From Candidatus Dojkabacteria bacterium (GTDB lineage: Bacteria > Patescibacteriota > Dojkabacteria > B142 > OLB20), in contig DAOMOX010000001.1 of the NCBI GenBank assembly GCA_035444565.1, forward strand, positions 194,335 through 258,334: DNA of 64,000 nucleotides. Direction: 5' to 3'. A model generated the notes under the pieces. It searched no databases. It was not told where the DNA came from and saw only the letters and a program-made list of their open reading frames with translations. The position numbers were made by a program, and so were the translations under genes. Below are positions 46,564-56,359 of the stretch, one piece after another. Every line of letters starts with the position of its first letter. The stretch's first letter is position 1.

Positions 46564-47482
46564 ACAGGAAAAGGTATTTATGAATACCATAATCCATATC
46601 ACTCTATTCTCTGATAAACCAACTGTATACACCCAACAGAAAATTCAGGAAGCATTTAGTTGTTTTGATCGAGTTGTAAAGAAATACACACGATTTTCTC
46701 CTAAAAGCGAACTGTCTGCGCTAAATAACTCAGGCGGAAAGCCAATGAAAGTCTCTGATGAGTTTTATTACTTAATTGAGTACATGCTCGAGCTCAGCAA
46801 AATTACAGATGGAAATTATGATCCGACGATTATAGACATACTCGAAACCTATGGTTACGGTGCGAATCGTAACTTCAAAGAACTCGACGATCCCAATCTT
46901 TATGAAAATATACAGACTCTTGTAGAGAAAAGACCAAGTCCCTCTCAAATAAAATTAAATAAAAAAAATAAAACAGTGCAATTTGCTCCAAGACAAAGAA
47001 TTGACTTGGGGAGTATTGGAAAGGGTTACGCGATTGATCTTGCATACGATGTCTTAGAGGATTTTCCAGCGTTTATGATAAATGCAGGAGGTGATATACG
47101 AATCAAAGGTCCGAAGCCTGACGGAGAAAACTGGAAAATAGGACTTTACAAAAGTCAGCTCCCAAACCAAGCACTACCGAAAGATGCTTACACAGGAATT
47201 ATAGAACTCGAGAATGGTAGTGTATGCGGATCAGGGGGTTGGGCAAGGAAAGTTAGATTTTTCCATCATTTGATAAATCCCAAAACTGGTTTTCCCATCA
47301 ATGAAATAACTCAAACTTACGTAATTGCTCCAAAAGCGATAGAAGCCGACTCTTGGGCAACCGTATTATTTACTATGGGAGAAAGAGGACTACCACTTTT
47401 GAAAGAACAAGGCTTCAAGGGAATTCTGATAGATCAGAAAGGTAAACTGTTACAGACAGAGAGTGTAATACAAATTCCCTAA
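46544..47482 (+). CDS. apbE: FAD:protein FMN transferase
   Basis: SELS.LN, YDPTI, IDLGSIGKGYAID, NAGGDI, HHLINPKTG.P, AD.WAT.LF. Confidence 0.92.
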   Translation: MRVRKIEQEKVFMNTIIHITLFSDKPTVYTQQKIQEAFSCFDRVVKKYTRFSPKSELSALNNSGGKPMKVSDEFYYLIEYMLELSKITDGNYDPTIIDILETYGYGANRNFKELDDPNLYENIQTLVEKRPSPSQIKLNKKNKTVQFAPRQRIDLGSIGKGYAIDLAYDVLEDFPAFMINAGGDIRIKGPKPDGENWKIGLYKSQLPNQALPKDAYTGIIELENGSVCGSGGWARKVRFFHHLINPKTGFPINEITQTYVIAPKAIEADSWATVLFTMGERGLPLLKEQGFKGILIDQKGKLLQTESVIQIP

Positions 47483-47639
47483 GAAAAAACTTTCCATAAC
47501 TAAAGTGAGAAATGCACTGAATTTATATAATCATGATATTTGACAGCATATCTTAGGTTGGTATGTTTTGTCCGACAACGTTTTCCACCTCCACAGACCA
47601 GACAAACAATAACATACCCTTAGAAATCTCTATCAACCT

Positions 47640-47703
47640 ACTAAAGTGACACACCCTCTCCGAGTGCTCACTGTTTACGAATGAAGTACCTATCTAGTAT
47701 AAT
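47640..47703 (+). promoter_or_regulatory. Glycan-operon promoter region: ACTAAAGTGACAC site (47640-47652) and -10 TATAAT (47698-47703)
   Basis: Motif shared with 19892; TATAAT 65 bp before ATG 47769, with a weak -35 (tttacg) ~18 bp upstream. Confidence 0.5.
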
Positions 47704-47734
47704 TAGCATTACTTATTCTAACTTAACCTGCCCC

Positions 47735-47756
47735 TCCTGATTCGTCGGGATTTTTT
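47735..47756 (+). terminator. Terminator-like UUCG hairpin in the 5' leader of the glycan operon
   Basis: tcctga-ttcg-tcggga-tttttt, ending 12 bp before the start codon. Confidence 0.55.
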
Positions 47757-47768
47757 GACTTTCAAAAT

Positions 47769-50700
47769 ATGTTTGATTTGGAAATCGTCATACCCGTTCT
47801 CAATGAAGAGAAGGCAGTGGCAGAATTAATTAAAAGAATAGACAAGAGTCTGAGATCCGAAAAGATTTCGTATAGGATGATTTTTGTTGATGACCATTCT
47901 ACCGACAAAACGGTTGAGATAATTCAATCATTTAAGAAAAAATATCCAATTCTTCTTCACACAAAGACAGGGAAACCTGGCAAAGCATACTCTATCCTTG
48001 AAGGTGCAAACCTTGCGTCATCTGAAAAAATTGCAATGCTTGACGGCGACCTGCAGTACCCACCTGAGGTACTTCCCCATATGTTCAGACTTTCTGAAAT
48101 CTACGGAGTGGTTGTGGCAGATAGAAAAAAGGAACATCTGTCTTTATTGCGAAGAGCTCTATCTAATCTCAATTCACAGATGATTGGGAAGTATCTGTTG
48201 AAGCTTGACTGTGACTCTCAATCCGGACTAAAAGTATTCAGAAAAGAAATAATTGAACAATTAAACAAAAAAGATTTGCAACCTTGGGCATTGGACATGC
48301 CTTTACTATACGCTGCATTGAATATGGGTTATAAAATTGGAAACGTAGAGATTGACTTTGTAGATCGAGCTTATGGAACATCCAAGGTTAACTTCATCAA
48401 AACCACATTTGAAATTATCTCCACCGCATTCTCACTTAAATTTTTCTCCTCAAAGATTGCATCTATTAAACCGGAAAGAGATTCAATGCTTGGGTCGGGG
48501 GTCATCTATAAAAACAAAAAGTATATAACCCACACCACACTTCCGCATTCCGAATCTGCGCTTTATACGTTTACCCGAAAACAGAAGCTAATTATTATCA
48601 GTTTGATTGTGGGTATATTGGCGGGATTGATACTTAATCCACTAAACGCCTTGATTGTGATTGTGGCAATTTTGAGTTTGATCTATTTTGCAGATGTTGT
48701 TTTTGGAGCGTATGTATTGGCGAAAAGTTTACATTATCCACCAGAGTTAACGTTTGATGCAGAGGAATTAAATAATCTGAAAACAAAAGATCTACCTACC
48801 TACAGTATTCTCTGTCCATTATATAAGGAGGGCAACATATTGCCTGAATTCGTAAAATCCATTAGAAATCTCGACTGGCCAAAGCGTAAATTAGATGTCT
48901 TAATACTGCTTGAAAAAGACGATAAAGAAACACTTGCCGCCGCAAAGAAGCTTAGACTTCCAAAGTATATAAGAGTTATTGTTGTTCCCGATTCACAACC
49001 CCGGACCAAACCAAAGGCTTGTAATTATGGTCTACAATTATCGAAAGGAGAATATGTAGTAATTTTTGATGCAGAAGACAAACCAGACCCACTTCAATTA
49101 AAGAAAGCGTATCTCGGATTCCGAAAAAGCGGAGAGAAGGTCTTCTGTTTGCAATCTAAACTTAATTACTACAATCCAGACGATAATCTTCTGACCAGAC
49201 TTTTTACAGCGGAATATTCTCTGTGGTTCGATGTCATCCTTCCAGGATTGCAATCAATCAAAACAACAATTCCACTTGGAGGAACAAGTAATCACTTCAG
49301 GACAAAGCAATTGATTACCATGCAAGGATGGGACCCATTCAATGTTACAGAAGATTGCGATCTCGGTGTCAGAATCTTCAAAGCAGGATATTCAACAGCA
49401 ATTATCGACTCAACGACATATGAAGAGGCAAATAGCTCCCCGAAAAACTGGGTTAGGCAACGTTCTCGGTGGATTAAGGGCTATATGCAAACATATTTGG
49501 TTCATATGAGAAATCCTCTAAAATTTCTACGAGAGCACGGAATTCATGCTCTCATCTTTCAATTAATTATAGGTATGCGAATCAGCTTTATGCTGATTAA
49601 CCCTTTACTATGGTTGGCTACTTTTGTCTATTTTGCATTTAGACCATTTGTTGGGGAATACATCGAAGCTCTTTATCCATCATGGATTTTCTACATCGCA
49701 GGAATTTCTCTTGTCGGTGGAAATTTCATGTACATATTTAATTATATGATTGGATGTGCAAAGAAGGAACACTACGGTTTAATCAAGTATGTCTTCTTTA
49801 TCCCTCTTTATTGGATTCTTGCTAGTGTCGCCGCATTCAAAGCAGCGCAACAACTAATTCTCAAGCCACACTTCTGGGAGAAGACCCATCATGGATTACA
49901 TCTCTCGACCAAAGAAACCAACCAAATTGTAAAAGAAGAATTAAAATCGAAACGAGTATCAGAGAAAAATAAATTTAATTTTAGACCCAAAATCAGTCCC
50001 TACTTCAATAAAGCTACAACATTGCTAAAGGGTGGTAGTTTTGGAATAACACTATTAGTTGGGGCATCCGTAGGTGCCAATTTCCTTGATTTCTTAACTA
50101 GTACTTACCTTGGCAGAAATCTTGGTTCTGAAGAATTTGGATTAATTGGATTGATGGGAAGTTTTATTTTCATAGTCAATTTGATCGCTGCTGGAATAAA
50201 TAAAACGGTATCCCACCAGACTGCTTTCGTGTATGGGAAATACGGGAAACCTGTTGGAAGATTGTGGTATGAACATCGTAACAAAGTTATTAAATTATCC
50301 ATCCTCTTTACTCTTATATGGTTGTTGGTAGTTCCGTTTTCAGAAGACTTTTTTAACTCGCATACACTCTTTCCTTTTCTTGTATTCACTCCCGTTTGGG
50401 TTTCCTTAATGCTTAAAGCATGGGATGGAGGTTATCTAGAAGGAAGTCTTAAATTCACCTGGTTGGCAGTCCTTACACTAGTAGCAGCATTTTCAAAACT
50501 ATTGTTCTCAGTAATATTTGTAACTTTTGGATTGGAACACCTCGTTTACGCAGCTGGACCGATATCCTTATTCCTCGGATTCTGTGGAGGTTGGATAGTC
50601 GCTAGGAAAATAGCTCATCAAAATACTGATACTACTACTAAGCCTTCAAGGGCAAATATGAGATTCTCTCGAGCATTCTTAGCAACTGCTACCATAGCAA

Positions 50701-52517
50701 AAGTGTCGTCAATATCGTTTCTAAGTCTAGATTTAATCTTCGTAAAACATTTTTTAACAGCCACCGAGGCAGGAGAATACGCACTTCTCGTTTTAGTAGG
50801 AAGAATAATCTACATCGTAGGAGGTTTTTCTTCACAGTTCATACTTCCAATAATTAGCAAAGAAAGCGGGGAAGGTATTAAGAAAAGTAAATCTTTTAAG
50901 ATAATCATGCTTAGTGTGATTGTCTCAACTCTGTTAGTCTTTTTAATGGTCGGACCTCTTGGTTCCACGACGATTCCATTGTTATTCGGGAATAATGCAT
51001 TGCCGATAACCCCTTACTTGACTCCATTCGCCCTAGCCATGGTACTATTCACAATTGCCTATAGTCTTGTTACTTATCATCAAGCACGTAAAGAGTACGC
51101 ATTTTCTCTTATCGGTATAGTCACTGCTATTGTGCAATTTCTATTTCTATATCTTTTTCACTCAAACATCGGTCAAGTTGTCTCGGGAATGCTTCTAAGT
51201 GGAGCTTTCTACTTGATAACTACACTCATAATGCACATCTATTATGAGAAGGTAATAGCTATTCAGTCAAACTTGGTGGATCTTTGGGACTTGATTGTGA
51301 ACCCCAAACGTCCAGCCTTTGGAATGGACACTGTTAACAAATTAAACATTCTAATTTATAACTGGAGAGACACAAAACACGTATGGGCAGGGGGGGCTGA
51401 AGTATATGTACATGAACTTGCAAAACAGTGGGTAGAAAAAGGTAATCACGTCACTGTTTTCTGCGGTAACGATGGATTATGTGAACGTCATGAAATTGTT
51501 GATGGTGTGAACATTATACGCCGGGGAGGATTTTATACAGTATATGTATGGGCAATCCTCTACTATATTCTGAGATTAAGAGGAAGGTATGATGTTATAG
51601 TCGAAAGCGTTAATGCTATGCCCTTTTTCACTCCACTTTTTTCGAGGATACCTAAATTAGCCATAATCCATCATGTACATAGTGATATCATCTTGAAAGA
51701 ACTTAAGTTGCCATTGACTCGTATTCCACTCGCTGTAATTACTAAATTTATTGAGAGTAAAGTAATGCCGATTGTTTACCAAAACACTCAAATGGTTACC
51801 GTTTCAAAATCAAGCAAAGAAGATATGGAAAAGATTGGTTTTGGAAAGAATAAAGCGATACAAATCATCAACCCCGGAATCGATTTAAATATACTTAAAC
51901 CTAGTCCAAAATCAAAAACACCTACCCTCTTATACCTTGGCAGATTAAAGCCATATAAATCTATTGATACACTTATCAAAGCAACTAATGAATTGAGAGA
52001 GGTTTTTCCAAATATTAGAGTGAAAATTGCTGGTTTTGGAGAAAGCCGAAAAGACTTAGAAAGTTTGACTAGAAAATTAGGTCTGCAGAGATATGTAGAA
52101 TTCCTAGGAAGGGTATCAGAAGCAAACAAAGTCCGCTTATTAGGGGAAGCTTGGGTATTTGTACAACCATCAACCTTCGAAGGTTGGGGTATCTCAATTT
52201 TAGAGGCCAATGCTTGTGGGACACCAATTGTGGCTTCAAGGGTCCCGGGACTCATAGACTCTGTTAAAAATCCATCAACCGGTTATACTGTAAAAGTAAA
52301 AGATGAAAAAGCATTTGCCGAAGCAATCCAAAAACTATTGCAGGATAATAAATTAAGAAAAAGATTCTCTGCGAACTCAATAAAATGGGCAAATAATTTT
52401 GGTTGGGAAGGCAAAGCTAATGATTTTATGAATATTGTACTGCAAGAGGTACATAACGCAGATACCGTTCACTTGTTCGGGGAACAGTTACATAGCCGTG
52501 GTGAGAATGTTGACTAA
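47769..52517 (+). CDS. Four-module fusion: GT2 (DPM-like) + processive GT2 (QxxRW) + Wzx-like flippase + GT4
   Basis: VIPVLNEE/VDDHSTD/DGDLQYPP; DAED, TED, QRSRW, WEKTHHG; ~12-TM polysaccharide-export-like block; NWRD..H..AGGAE...EGWGISILEA. Confidence 0.88.
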   Translation: MFDLEIVIPVLNEEKAVAELIKRIDKSLRSEKISYRMIFVDDHSTDKTVEIIQSFKKKYPILLHTKTGKPGKAYSILEGANLASSEKIAMLDGDLQYPPEVLPHMFRLSEIYGVVVADRKKEHLSLLRRALSNLNSQMIGKYLLKLDCDSQSGLKVFRKEIIEQLNKKDLQPWALDMPLLYAALNMGYKIGNVEIDFVDRAYGTSKVNFIKTTFEIISTAFSLKFFSSKIASIKPERDSMLGSGVIYKNKKYITHTTLPHSESALYTFTRKQKLIIISLIVGILAGLILNPLNALIVIVAILSLIYFADVVFGAYVLAKSLHYPPELTFDAEELNNLKTKDLPTYSILCPLYKEGNILPEFVKSIRNLDWPKRKLDVLILLEKDDKETLAAAKKLRLPKYIRVIVVPDSQPRTKPKACNYGLQLSKGEYVVIFDAEDKPDPLQLKKAYLGFRKSGEKVFCLQSKLNYYNPDDNLLTRLFTAEYSLWFDVILPGLQSIKTTIPLGGTSNHFRTKQLITMQGWDPFNVTEDCDLGVRIFKAGYSTAIIDSTTYEEANSSPKNWVRQRSRWIKGYMQTYLVHMRNPLKFLREHGIHALIFQLIIGMRISFMLINPLLWLATFVYFAFRPFVGEYIEALYPSWIFYIAGISLVGGNFMYIFNYMIGCAKKEHYGLIKYVFFIPLYWILASVAAFKAAQQLILKPHFWEKTHHGLHLSTKETNQIVKEELKSKRVSEKNKFNFRPKISPYFNKATTLLKGGSFGITLLVGASVGANFLDFLTSTYLGRNLGSEEFGLIGLMGSFIFIVNLIAAGINKTVSHQTAFVYGKYGKPVGRLWYEHRNKVIKLSILFTLIWLLVVPFSEDFFNSHTLFPFLVFTPVWVSLMLKAWDGGYLEGSLKFTWLAVLTLVAAFSKLLFSVIFVTFGLEHLVYAAGPISLFLGFCGGWIVARKIAHQNTDTTTKPSRANMRFSRAFLATATIAKVSSISFLSLDLIFVKHFLTATEAGEYALLVLVGRIIYIVGGFSSQFILPIISKESGEGIKKSKSFKIIMLSVIVSTLLVFLMVGPLGSTTIPLLFGNNALPITPYLTPFALAMVLFTIAYSLVTYHQARKEYAFSLIGIVTAIVQFLFLYLFHSNIGQVVSGMLLSGAFYLITTLIMHIYYEKVIAIQSNLVDLWDLIVNPKRPAFGMDTVNKLNILIYNWRDTKHVWAGGAEVYVHELAKQWVEKGNHVTVFCGNDGLCERHEIVDGVNIIRRGGFYTVYVWAILYYILRLRGRYDVIVESVNAMPFFTPLFSRIPKLAIIHHVHSDIILKELKLPLTRIPLAVITKFIESKVMPIVYQNTQMVTVSKSSKEDMEKIGFGKNKAIQIINPGIDLNILKPSPKSKTPTLLYLGRLKPYKSIDTLIKATNELREVFPNIRVKIAGFGESRKDLESLTRKLGLQRYVEFLGRVSEANKVRLLGEAWVFVQPSTFEGWGISILEANACGTPIVASRVPGLIDSVKNPSTGYTVKVKDEKAFAEAIQKLLQDNKLRKRFSANSIKWANNFGWEGKANDFMNIVLQEVHNADTVHLFGEQLHSRGENVD

Positions 52518-53454
52518 ACAAATCAAACAAAATACCCCAAATCAGAACTTCCCTGAAAAGATAGAGCATTTTTCCTTTGTTCACAATCTCGGAGAATTTG
52601 GGAAAGATTCTTCTTTTCACTTCGCACTTTATAGGGACACTGAAGGGAATGAATATGTCTGTAAACTATTTAAGGGAAAAAAGAATAGTCTTAAGTACAG
52701 GTCGATAAAAAATGAAATATCTGCTTACAAAGCTCTTAATCAAAGTTCTCCAACCCTACAAAGCCCATTAGGTTTCGAGATTTCAATTCCAAAAATCTAT
52801 AGCACTTATGAAAACGATGAGATTGTCTGCTTTATTATGGACAAGGTGTCAGGAAACTCCTTAGACAATGAGTCAATTGACAGAATAATTCAATCCTACC
52901 AAGCTATAGCAGAATATTTACTAAAATTTTCCATAGAAGCTGATTTAAGTAAAACAGGTGTACTTAGAAGGAATTTCATTCAATTTTTCCTCTTGTATCA
53001 CTACTATTGCCTTCGAGTAATTCTTAAAAATCCTGAATTAATATTGAAGATTATTAATACTATTCCAGTCTTTTATAGAGGAATTATTAACTTTAGTATT
53101 GATAGAACGAATACACTTGTTATCCGAGACTTAGCAAGTAATAATAATATATTTATTGATAATAAAAAGCTATTAATAATTGATTTAGAATCTGCAACAA
53201 TAACTCATCCAATTATTCAGTTGTCCAGTTTTGTTGTTGTGGAGTCGGCAAACAAAGATTTTCTATTAAAGTTGTGTAATTCAGAAATTACTAAATCTAT
53301 CATGGGGAATCATAGAAATCTACTAATATTTAAAGCCATGTTGGTTTACGGTGCTATGGTCGATATCGTTGCTAACTATATGACCGATAAAGATCCAGTT
53401 AAAAAATCATCCGTGAATTTAATTAATGAAACATTCAAACTGAAACTATCATGA
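52507..53454 (+). CDS. Protein-kinase-like (APH/phosphotransferase family) protein
   Basis: YVCK, NE, IPKIY, IMDKVSG, IRDLASNN, IIDLE. Start ATG 52507 overlaps the upstream stop (the track extends it to 52435). Confidence 0.7.
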   Translation: MLTKQIKQNTPNQNFPEKIEHFSFVHNLGEFGKDSSFHFALYRDTEGNEYVCKLFKGKKNSLKYRSIKNEISAYKALNQSSPTLQSPLGFEISIPKIYSTYENDEIVCFIMDKVSGNSLDNESIDRIIQSYQAIAEYLLKFSIEADLSKTGVLRRNFIQFFLLYHYYCLRVILKNPELILKIINTIPVFYRGIINFSIDRTNTLVIRDLASNNNIFIDNKKLLIIDLESATITHPIIQLSSFVVVESANKDFLLKLCNSEITKSIMGNHRNLLIFKAMLVYGAMVDIVANYMTDKDPVKKSSVNLINETFKLKLS

Positions 53455-54551
53455 AATTAATAATCTCCACATACGACGATATTAAAAACCCGAATTATGG
53501 GGGTGGGGGAGCAATTGCTCTGCATGAGTTGGCAAAAAGACTCACTAGAAAATTTGAAGTCACGGTCATCAGTTGGAACCATTCTGGGATAAAGAATGAA
53601 AATATTGATGGAGTGGAATATGCACGTATTGGGTTTAGTTTTATTAGTCCAAAGATTGCGATGTTTATATTTCAAATGATTCTACCGTTTTTTGCCATAT
53701 TCAAAAGCTTTGATCTCTGGATTGAGAGTTTTGCTCCACCCTTCACTACCGCATTTCTACCAATATTTACTAGAAAACCCGTAGTCGGTGTAGTACACAT
53801 GCTCGCTGCCGAAGATATGAAGAGGAAATACAAAGTGGACCTTGGCAGAATTGAAAATGCAGGAATTAGAAAATATAAACATATTGTTTCAACTCAAAAT
53901 ATGATTCGCGAAAAGATTCTAAGCGTAAATCCGCAATGTAATTGTAAAGTAATCAGTAACGGAATTGAAAAAGTTTATCCCGAAAAAGTTACGAAGAAAA
54001 AGCAGTTCTTATTCCTAGGTCGGATTGAGATTAATCAAAAAGGGTTGGATTTACTCATAGACACTTTTAAGAAATTTAATAAATTATCAAAAGAAAAATA
54101 CAAATTAGTAATCGCAGGCTCTGGGCTGGATTCTGACTTGAAAAGACTCAAACAACTCATCAAAGAATCTGAATTAGACAACCAGATTGTTCTCGCAGGT
54201 CGTGTCGAGGGGAAATCAAAAGAAACCTTGATGAAAGAGTCAACAGCTATGATTCTTACATCTCGTTTTGAAACATTTTCTATGGTAGCACTGGAGTCGC
54301 TAGCTTTTGGTCTACCACTCGTTACATTTGATATTGAAGGCTTGAAATGGATTCCCGATAATGTTGTCAGAAAAGCAGAATCGTTTAATACGGATGACTT
54401 AGCGAACGTCTTATTAGAAATTATCAATAATAAAAAATTACAAGAGGAAATGCGTATCAACGGTTTGAAATATGCAACGAAATACACCTGGGATAATATC
54501 GCAAAAGAGTATGAAGATTTAATTGATGAAATAAAAAATGCAAAAAGATAA
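53451..54551 (+). CDS. GT4 glycosyltransferase
   Basis: YDD..NP.YGGGGA, FLGRI...QKGLDLL, SRFETFSMVALES. Confidence 0.92.
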   Translation: MKLIISTYDDIKNPNYGGGGAIALHELAKRLTRKFEVTVISWNHSGIKNENIDGVEYARIGFSFISPKIAMFIFQMILPFFAIFKSFDLWIESFAPPFTTAFLPIFTRKPVVGVVHMLAAEDMKRKYKVDLGRIENAGIRKYKHIVSTQNMIREKILSVNPQCNCKVISNGIEKVYPEKVTKKKQFLFLGRIEINQKGLDLLIDTFKKFNKLSKEKYKLVIAGSGLDSDLKRLKQLIKESELDNQIVLAGRVEGKSKETLMKESTAMILTSRFETFSMVALESLAFGLPLVTFDIEGLKWIPDNVVRKAESFNTDDLANVLLEIINNKKLQEEMRINGLKYATKYTWDNIAKEYEDLIDEIKNAKR

Positions 54552-55311
54552 TCAATTAATAAAAGAAATCATTACTAAAAAACTTAAATGCGTATTTATA
54601 TCTCCACATTTTGATGATGCAATATTATCTTGTGGAGGTTTGATGCTTGAGTTAGCGGGGAAAACCGAGATGACTGTCGTAAATGTCTTCTCAAAGGCAA
54701 ACGCAGGTCCCCATACTCTTTCCGCTCGACGATTTCTCAAATTTTCTGGAAATCATAGTAGTGCACAAGAACTCTATTCTGCGAGAGAATTAGAAGATAA
54801 ATCAACCCTGCAAAAGTTAGGAGTAAAAGTAATAAACCTTGGGCTAGAAGACGCATTGTTTAGAAAGAAAAAATCCAAAAGTATTTTTAGCAGAGTACTC
54901 CCTGAACTTAATCATGTATATCCGACATACCCATTGCATATTATCAGAGGTGCAAATCCAAACGATCCAGCCTTTAAACAAGTCAAAAACAAATTAAAAA
55001 AATTATATAAAGAGAACAATATTATCTATTTCTCACCATACGGGATTGGAAATCATGCTGACCATCAAGTGGTAAGCTCAGTTAGTAGAGACTTATTCAA
55101 AAAACTAGTGTTGTATTCTGATTTTCCATATAACATACGATTAAACGATTATGGTTCTGACATAGACGGATTTAAGAAAATCGAGTTAATTCCAAATCAG
55201 CTGGAAAAAATACAATTAATAAAAATGTATAAAACACAATTTGAGGGATTATTCCCAAACGGAGAAGTTAAAGAGCACAACGAGGTTTATTTTATAAGAA
55301 ACAAAAAGTGA
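54538..55311 (+). CDS. PIG-L/LmbE family deacetylase
   Basis: ISPHFDDAILSCGG, R..ED, H.DH, Y.DFPY, YKTQ. Confidence 0.9.
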   Translation: MQKDNQLIKEIITKKLKCVFISPHFDDAILSCGGLMLELAGKTEMTVVNVFSKANAGPHTLSARRFLKFSGNHSSAQELYSARELEDKSTLQKLGVKVINLGLEDALFRKKKSKSIFSRVLPELNHVYPTYPLHIIRGANPNDPAFKQVKNKLKKLYKENNIIYFSPYGIGNHADHQVVSSVSRDLFKKLVLYSDFPYNIRLNDYGSDIDGFKKIELIPNQLEKIQLIKMYKTQFEGLFPNGEVKEHNEVYFIRNKK

Positions 55312-56357
55312 ATGTAAGAATTTATAAAACTACAGATGAAAAACTAATCAAAGAATGGAACGAACTTTGGGAAAAGTCTTCTCATGCACACTTTTTCAAT
55401 TCATATGCCTGGTTTGCTGTTTGTAAAGAAATATTCAAGCCGAGAAATATACGAATTGCTTGTGTTTACAACGATAATGAATTATTAGCAATTTACCCCT
55501 TGTTTGAGCAAAAAAAATATGGCGTAAAAACATATGGCAATCCAGGAGGTAGATTCGCAGACAAATTCTGTTTATTGGTTCTTGATTTAGATGAAAATGT
55601 AATCCGTGAACTGTTAAAGATTCTAAAGACATTCACTGTTTCAATAGAAGAAGTTTCCGAACTATTCTATCCTTGGTTTACTTCTAGTGGTTTCACCAAA
55701 TCCCCTCTAGTCGAAGAAACATCAATACTAAGATTAGGTGATGATCCCTATCGATATATGCATAAAAAGAAGAAAAGAAAGATGCTAAACAAATATAATA
55801 GAAACTTCTCAAATACTAAGTATATTAGATTTAATGGTACTGACGTTAAACGTAACCTCAAATACGTTGAACAAATCGATACGAAAAGCAGGAAAAAGCT
55901 TTCCGGGAAAGAAGTGACATCAGATGGGGAACAATATGAACTATTTAAAAATCTAGCTGAAAAATTCCCACAATATTTAACTTTAGATGTGCTTTTCGTA
56001 CAAGAAAAACCCATCGCTTATGAACTTGGAATTTTATCGAAGGACAAGGAGATTGGATATCAAACAGCTTTTGACGAGGAATTTAAATACTTTGAGCCTG
56101 GACGTATCATTCTTGTTTACATCTGGGAAAGCATGAGAAAAGAAGGAATAGAGATTTATGACTGGGCGAGGGGAACAAATATATTAAAACAAGATTTTAC
56201 AGAATATTTTGAAAAACAATATAAGTTCTATGCCGCAAACAAATTGGTTCTGAGTTTTTGGTATTTACTTGACTATAGTAAAGATTTGATTCTAAACAAT
56301 GATTCCTTGTACAGAGCATACTTGTTTTTTAAAAATCGATTAATTAATTTCCTGTAA
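55308..56357 (+). CDS. GNAT acyltransferase, CelD/BcsL-like
   Basis: W.ELW...FFNS..W, L.AI.PL, YQTAFD.....EPG..L, YDW.RG...KQ. Confidence 0.82.
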   Translation: MNVRIYKTTDEKLIKEWNELWEKSSHAHFFNSYAWFAVCKEIFKPRNIRIACVYNDNELLAIYPLFEQKKYGVKTYGNPGGRFADKFCLLVLDLDENVIRELLKILKTFTVSIEEVSELFYPWFTSSGFTKSPLVEETSILRLGDDPYRYMHKKKKRKMLNKYNRNFSNTKYIRFNGTDVKRNLKYVEQIDTKSRKKLSGKEVTSDGEQYELFKNLAEKFPQYLTLDVLFVQEKPIAYELGILSKDKEIGYQTAFDEEFKYFEPGRIILVYIWESMRKEGIEIYDWARGTNILKQDFTEYFEKQYKFYAANKLVLSFWYLLDYSKDLILNNDSLYRAYLFFKNRLINFL

Positions 56358-56359
56358 TA

